This document shows, piece after piece, positions 34,590 through 38,838 of a stretch of 38,838 nucleotides of DNA (the stretch's first letter is position 1; the number at the start of each line of letters is the position of its first letter). Source of the stretch: Catajapyx aquilonaris (taxonomy: Eukaryota); NCBI GenBank assembly GCA_000934665.2, contig JYFJ02003675.1:1-38838 (forward strand), in the 5' to 3' direction. Under the pieces are notes generated by a model. That model saw only the letters and a program-made list of their open reading frames with translations, searched no databases and had not been told where the DNA came from. Position numbers and translations under genes: made by a program.

Positions 34590-35989
34590 CACTGTTCTGC
34601 AAAAAAACAAACACACACACACACACTCTCTCTCTCTCTTTCGCTCTTTTGAAAACTTGTATGCGCATTTTATGGATTTCGGGGTGCTGAATCCGAATCC
34701 GGCACCAGATTTGCTCTATCACGTACAGTTTTTGAGATATATCGTTTTAAAACTTTGGACGGTTTACTAGGGGTCTTTCCGAATCAAGTGGGCCTAAATG
34801 TTGCTAGACCGCCTCAGATCTTGGTGAAAATAATCCCAGATGTACTCAACTATTCTTTAATACTGCCTATAAAGATTCAGCCATATTGCTCAATACTATG
34901 ATGAGGGGTAAAATCGCAAACATCTGGAAATGGCTGAAAATGAGGCCTTTTTTGAAGAGTTTTTTTCGGTTAGTGGAAGTGGTCAAAACCCAATGAGGCA
35001 ATGAACATATATATCAAAATAAAGGGAAACACCAAGAATATGCGCCTATGGAATTAGTTTTCCTCTAAAATGTAAAAATAAAATTTTATAGCATTTCATT
35101 GGTCACTTGCCCAGTCACATGCCCAAGAATATATTGTGACCTCAACATGTGCTGCAGCAAAATCCTCTTTTGGATAAAAGCAGGTGTACTATATATAGAG
35201 TAAGGTGTGCTGAATCCAGATCTAAAGTCAGAATGGCTCTATCACGTACATCTTTTGAGAAAACTCAAATTTTGGGAGATACGACATTTAAATCAAGAAT
35301 CGTTGTTTTTGACAGTTGTCGCAGTGTATTTCCAGGACTGCGTGAGGGTTTTCCCCGCAGGACAGCCCGAACCAATGATATACGTTTTTGTATAAGTGTA
35401 AAAGGTACGAGAGGGAGTCGGCCAAGGGCAGTCGATTATAATTGTTATTGTTGAGGTCACAATATATTCTTGGGCATGTGGCTGAGCACGTGACCAATGA
35501 AATGCTATAAAATTTTATTTTTACATTTTAGAGGAAAACTAATTCCATAGGCGCATTTTCATGGTGCTTCCCTTTCTTTTGATATTATATGTTCATTAGA
35601 TTTGACCACTTCCACTAACCGAAAAAAAATTCTCCAAAAAAGGCCTCATTTTCAGCCATTTCCAGATGTTTGCGATTTTCCCCCTCATCATAGTATTGAG
35701 CAATATGGCTGAATCTTATAGGCAGCATTAAAGAATAGTTGAGTACATCTGGGATTATTTTCACCAAGATCTGAGGCGGTCTAGCAACATTTAGGCCCAC
35801 TTGATTCGGAAAGACCCCTAGTAAACCGTCCAAAGTTTTAAAACGATATACCGGTATCTCAAAAACTGTACGTGATAGAGCAAATCTGTTGCCGGATTCG
35901 GATTCAGCACCCAAAAATCCATTAAAACCACATAAAGGTTTTCAAAAGAGCGAAAGTTTTTGTTTTGTTTTGTTTTTTGCAGAACAGTG
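34590..35989. mobile_element. 1.4-kb fold-back element with Chapaev-like ends
   Basis: ATAA|CACTGTTCTGC ... GCAGAACAGTG|ATAA; CAC...GTG ends with a 4-bp TSD fit Chapaev. Arms 34590-35147 and 35449-35989 are highly similar reverse complements around a ~300-bp spacer. No transposase. Confidence 0.88.
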
Positions 35990-36066
35990 ATAATACCAGG
36001 AGTACGGTATCGATACAACCGTTTACACCAGCCCACGGACACTACCCCTATCTTCTGGGCTTATCA

Positions 36067-36358
36067 CCTGCCGAGGGGTTTTGCAGCGGGTGCTCACCTG
36101 AAACCGCCACGAGACATTTCCCAGAGCATTTATGTGGCGACCCTACCGGACTAATGCTGAACTTTATAGGTACGAAAGGGGAGGGCTACATTGGGGGGCC
36201 CAACATGGCCGCCGGCGGCCATGTTGGGCCAGCATGTAGCGCTTCCCTTTCGTACCTATAAAGTTCAGCCTTAGTCCGGTAGGGTCGTCACATAAATGCT
36301 CTGGGAAATGTCTCGTGGCGGTCTCAGGTGAGCACCCACTGCAAAACCCCTCGACAGG
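36067..36358. repeat. 292-bp spacerless palindrome
   Basis: Axis between 36213 and 36214 (GGCCGCC|GGCGGCC). The ~145-bp arms differ by about 7 substitutions and one small bulge, counted by eye. Confidence 0.95.
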
Positions 36359-36406
36359 GGGTGGGTGGGGAGTGACCTAACCTGAGTCTTCTACAACCAT
36401 GGTTTA

Positions 36407-36705
36407 CACCGAAGCAGTTTGGTGGAGTGGCTATAGGGTCCGACTGCTAATCGGGAGGTCCTGGGTTCGAGCCCCGGGGCCGGCAACTCTAACCGTGGTT
36501 TTCTGTGGTTTCCCACGGTCCCTCCAGGAGAATTCCGGGGTTGCTTCCTAATTAAAAGGGCCACAGCCGCCTCATTCCTTCCCTATCCTATCCCAAAAAG
36601 CAAAAAGTAAACATGTAAGCAAGAGTTCCAGACAAAACAAAAAATCTCCCCTAAAGAGCCGAAAAAGGCAGATAACGGGGTAAGATATTATATTAGATAT
36701 TATAT
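36407..36705 (+). mobile_element. tRNA-derived SINE, family A, short subfamily
   Basis: Same head (ACCGAAGCAGTTTGGTGGAGTGG...GGTTCGAGCCC) and body (GGTTTTCTGTGGTTTCCCACGG...GGCCACAGCCGC). Lacks the internal module of the long subfamily. Imperfect TSD TACAACC(ATG)GTTTA. Confidence 0.9.
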
Positions 36706-37169
36706 TACAACCGTTTATTAGACAGGCCAGCTTCCCAGTTCCCAGCCACAGCACAACTGAGAGTACACAAAAAGTAGGTTGCTCGTCGTCCTCTTCACCA
36801 CCATGATGTCACCAATAGATGGACTCCCAGTGGTCACCACGACTCCGGTTCCTCGTACGAAAAAACAATAATAAAAAAATGCCCTCCCACATACGTATGT
36901 AACATGGTGACGTGGGGATGTGCAAGAGAGACATGAATGTAACAGTACACTCTGTCTATTTTATGAAAGTAACATCTAAAACCGCGTCGACGTTCTGAGA
37001 ACATCCACCCCAGCTGCAGTTCTCTTTTTCGTCGTAGGTATACCAAATTGGAGCAATGTATTTTTCGAATATCGTTGTTACTAATGCCCAATTTGGGAAT
37101 CTGAGGAGAGGAAAAGGAAGTAAAAGCGTGGGGATGACACTGACTAGCTCATTTTGTCCAAAGCATATA

Positions 37170-37593
37170 CAGGGTGTATCTGAACTCAGTGCCCCGACGT
37201 ATATGACTGCCTTCCTAGCCACCAGAGGATCGATTTAAGTATAGGAGTCATATGTCTGGGCAGCCTCATTACTGAGATACACTCTTTAGCGATTTTTGCC
37301 TAATCGCTCCTTCTGACTTTTAAATAGAATTTTCTGGTGTAACTAGCCAAAGAGGCCTTACCACCTGTGGGCAACAAACCAACAAAGTCCCGCCCCCAGA
37401 CCTTCCAGAGCCTTCTGACTGGGGGAGGGTTCGATGGGTGGCCTAACCGGCAGGATATTTTGTATTACCTGTTTGCGGCCAATTATCTCCGTAATGCGGC
37501 GGCCAGACATAATGACTCCTATACTTAAATCGATCCTCTGGTGGCTAGGAAGGCAGTCATATACGTCGGGGCACTGAGTTCAGATACACCCTG
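37170..37593. mobile_element. Tc1/mariner-type MITE with ~90-bp TIRs
   Basis: TA|CAGGGTGTATCTGAACTCAG ... CTGAGTTCAGATACACCCTG|TA; outer ~80 bp perfect. Confidence 0.92.
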
Positions 37594-38209
37594 TATATGA
37601 GCACCGCCTGTTAATTTCCTAGAAAGTTGAATAATTTTTTTTACACTTCGACTCATCACTTGTTCCAGAACCTGTTACTGCTACTAGTTGACTGAATCAC
37701 ATCTACATGTATCCTATTTACCACCAGCCAAAATAATTCTTTATTAATTTTTCTTACACAGGGAAAATTTCCTTAATTTTTTTCTGTTTCCTGTTTTATG
37801 AGTCTGAGAGAGTACTGATTGTCAGCAGGTTTTGTTTTAACCTTGCCCTTAGTCAGGTTACCCTGTGGCATTTCAGAGGTAACCTAACGTCCAGGATGTT
37901 ACGAACTTTATGGAACATCTATAGGCAGAATTTTCTAGATTCAACATGCCATCATGACTCTGGGTTCATTTTGTTATCTTTACAGGAGGAACAACTGATG
38001 AGCTGACCTTGCAAACCAGATGGAGAAGTCGAAATGGGCATCATTGTTAAGCCAATCACCTGTTGAGACTTGTTAATAAGCAACATTAATACCCTCATAT
38101 CAGATATATATATATTTTTTAAAAAAACCAAATGTCAAATCTTATTGAGATTTTGGGTACTTGGTCTATTTAATGATTGTGCGAGGGTGGGTTGGATCTT
38201 ATTTTGTTT

Positions 38210-38502
38210 ACCGAAGCAGTTTGGAGGAGGGGATATGGTGTCCGACTGCTAATCGGGAGGTCCTGGGATCAAATCCCGGGGCCAGCAACTCTGACCATGG
38301 TTTTCTGTGGTTTCCCACGGTCCTTCCAGGAAAATTCCGGAGTTGCTTCCGTAATTAATAGGCCACAGCCGCTTCCTTCCGTCCCTATCCTATCCCATAG
38401 AGCACAGTACCGGTATAATGAAAAAGCAAAGAGTTCCAAGCAAAACAACTTCCCCCCTAAAGAGCCGATGGCGGATAACGGGGTATGAATTATTATAATA
38501 AT
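38210..38502 (+). mobile_element. tRNA-derived SINE, family A, short subfamily
   Basis: Collinear with 36407-36705, including the GAGTTCCA..CAAAACAA segment and the CCCCTAAAGAGCC..ATAACGGGGTA end. TTA/TAA-rich tail; no clear TSD. Confidence 0.9.
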
Positions 38503-38838
38503 TGAAGGGGTCGGTGCAATACTGCCCTAACCCACCAAATGACACAAATTGAGTTTCGCGCACTTCCATATACTACACTCAAATATCTAATAAAGTACAC
38601 TGAGATTGTCCAGTTTCAGCCATTTGTCGGTGAGAAATCAAACAATGTGTTTATTGCTGCAAGGTTATGAATGCCTTTTCTGCAGCAAAACCGCCCTAAC
38701 CCTCCGTCTTCAAATATTGCAGCGCGCAGGATGCAGCTGCAAGCAGCTGTGTCTCACGAGTTGGGCTTAAATAGTGAGCTTTTGCCTGATGACACCGATG
38801 TGGATGAGAGTACCTAAGATTCAGAGTTCGATCCTGAT

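Noticed and set aside
36156..36178. Hammerhead core inside the palindrome (CTGAAC...CGAAA)
   Set aside because: CUGANGA is not matched and there is no stem II.
37990..38048. Hammerhead ribozyme (AACAA-CTGATGAG...CGAAA...ATC-ATTGTT)
   Set aside because: Core nucleotides are present, but stem II does not pair beyond one G-C, stem III is 2 bp and stem I is out of register by one base. Probably chance.
1..38838. CRISPR array, prokaryotic operon or intact transposase/RT gene
   Set aside because: No regularly spaced direct repeats with unique spacers and no long ORF. Spliceosomal introns and SINEs show this is animal nuclear DNA.

Overview
Repeat-rich, intron-dominated animal genomic DNA, probably arthropod/insect (inferred from TTAGG-type repeats, the SINE body and the gene sequence; the species cannot be fixed from sequence alone). 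One host gene is well supported on the + strand: the 3' half of an NPDC1/CAB-1-family single-pass membrane protein. Its four exons (20710-20776, 26799-26960, 29805-29910, 29979-30194) have canonical GT-AG sites, splice in frame, and encode the hallmark motifs SAQMYHYQHQKQQ and EEGDYTVYECPGLAPTGEMEVKNPLF. Its upstream exons and promoter can only be guessed. Nearly all ORFs in the supplied track are spurious. The rest of the window is mostly non-autonomous mobile DNA: six recognisable tRNA-derived SINE copies from three families; TIR elements/MITEs with piggyBac-, Kolobok-, Chapaev-, hAT- and Tc1/mariner(maT)-type ends, several with 100-560 bp fold-back arms; a maT transposase remnant; and very decayed LINE-like fragments. 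The most notable signals are a covarying 3' stem-loop shared by SINEs with different bodies, a structured RNA module inside one SINE subfamily, a 292-bp spacerless palindrome, a 1-kb inverted-repeat element carrying GC-rich ORF-like cargo, and a spacing-conserved bipartite motif shared by two differently ended DNA transposons. No CRISPR array, rRNA gene or intact transposase/RT gene was seen.
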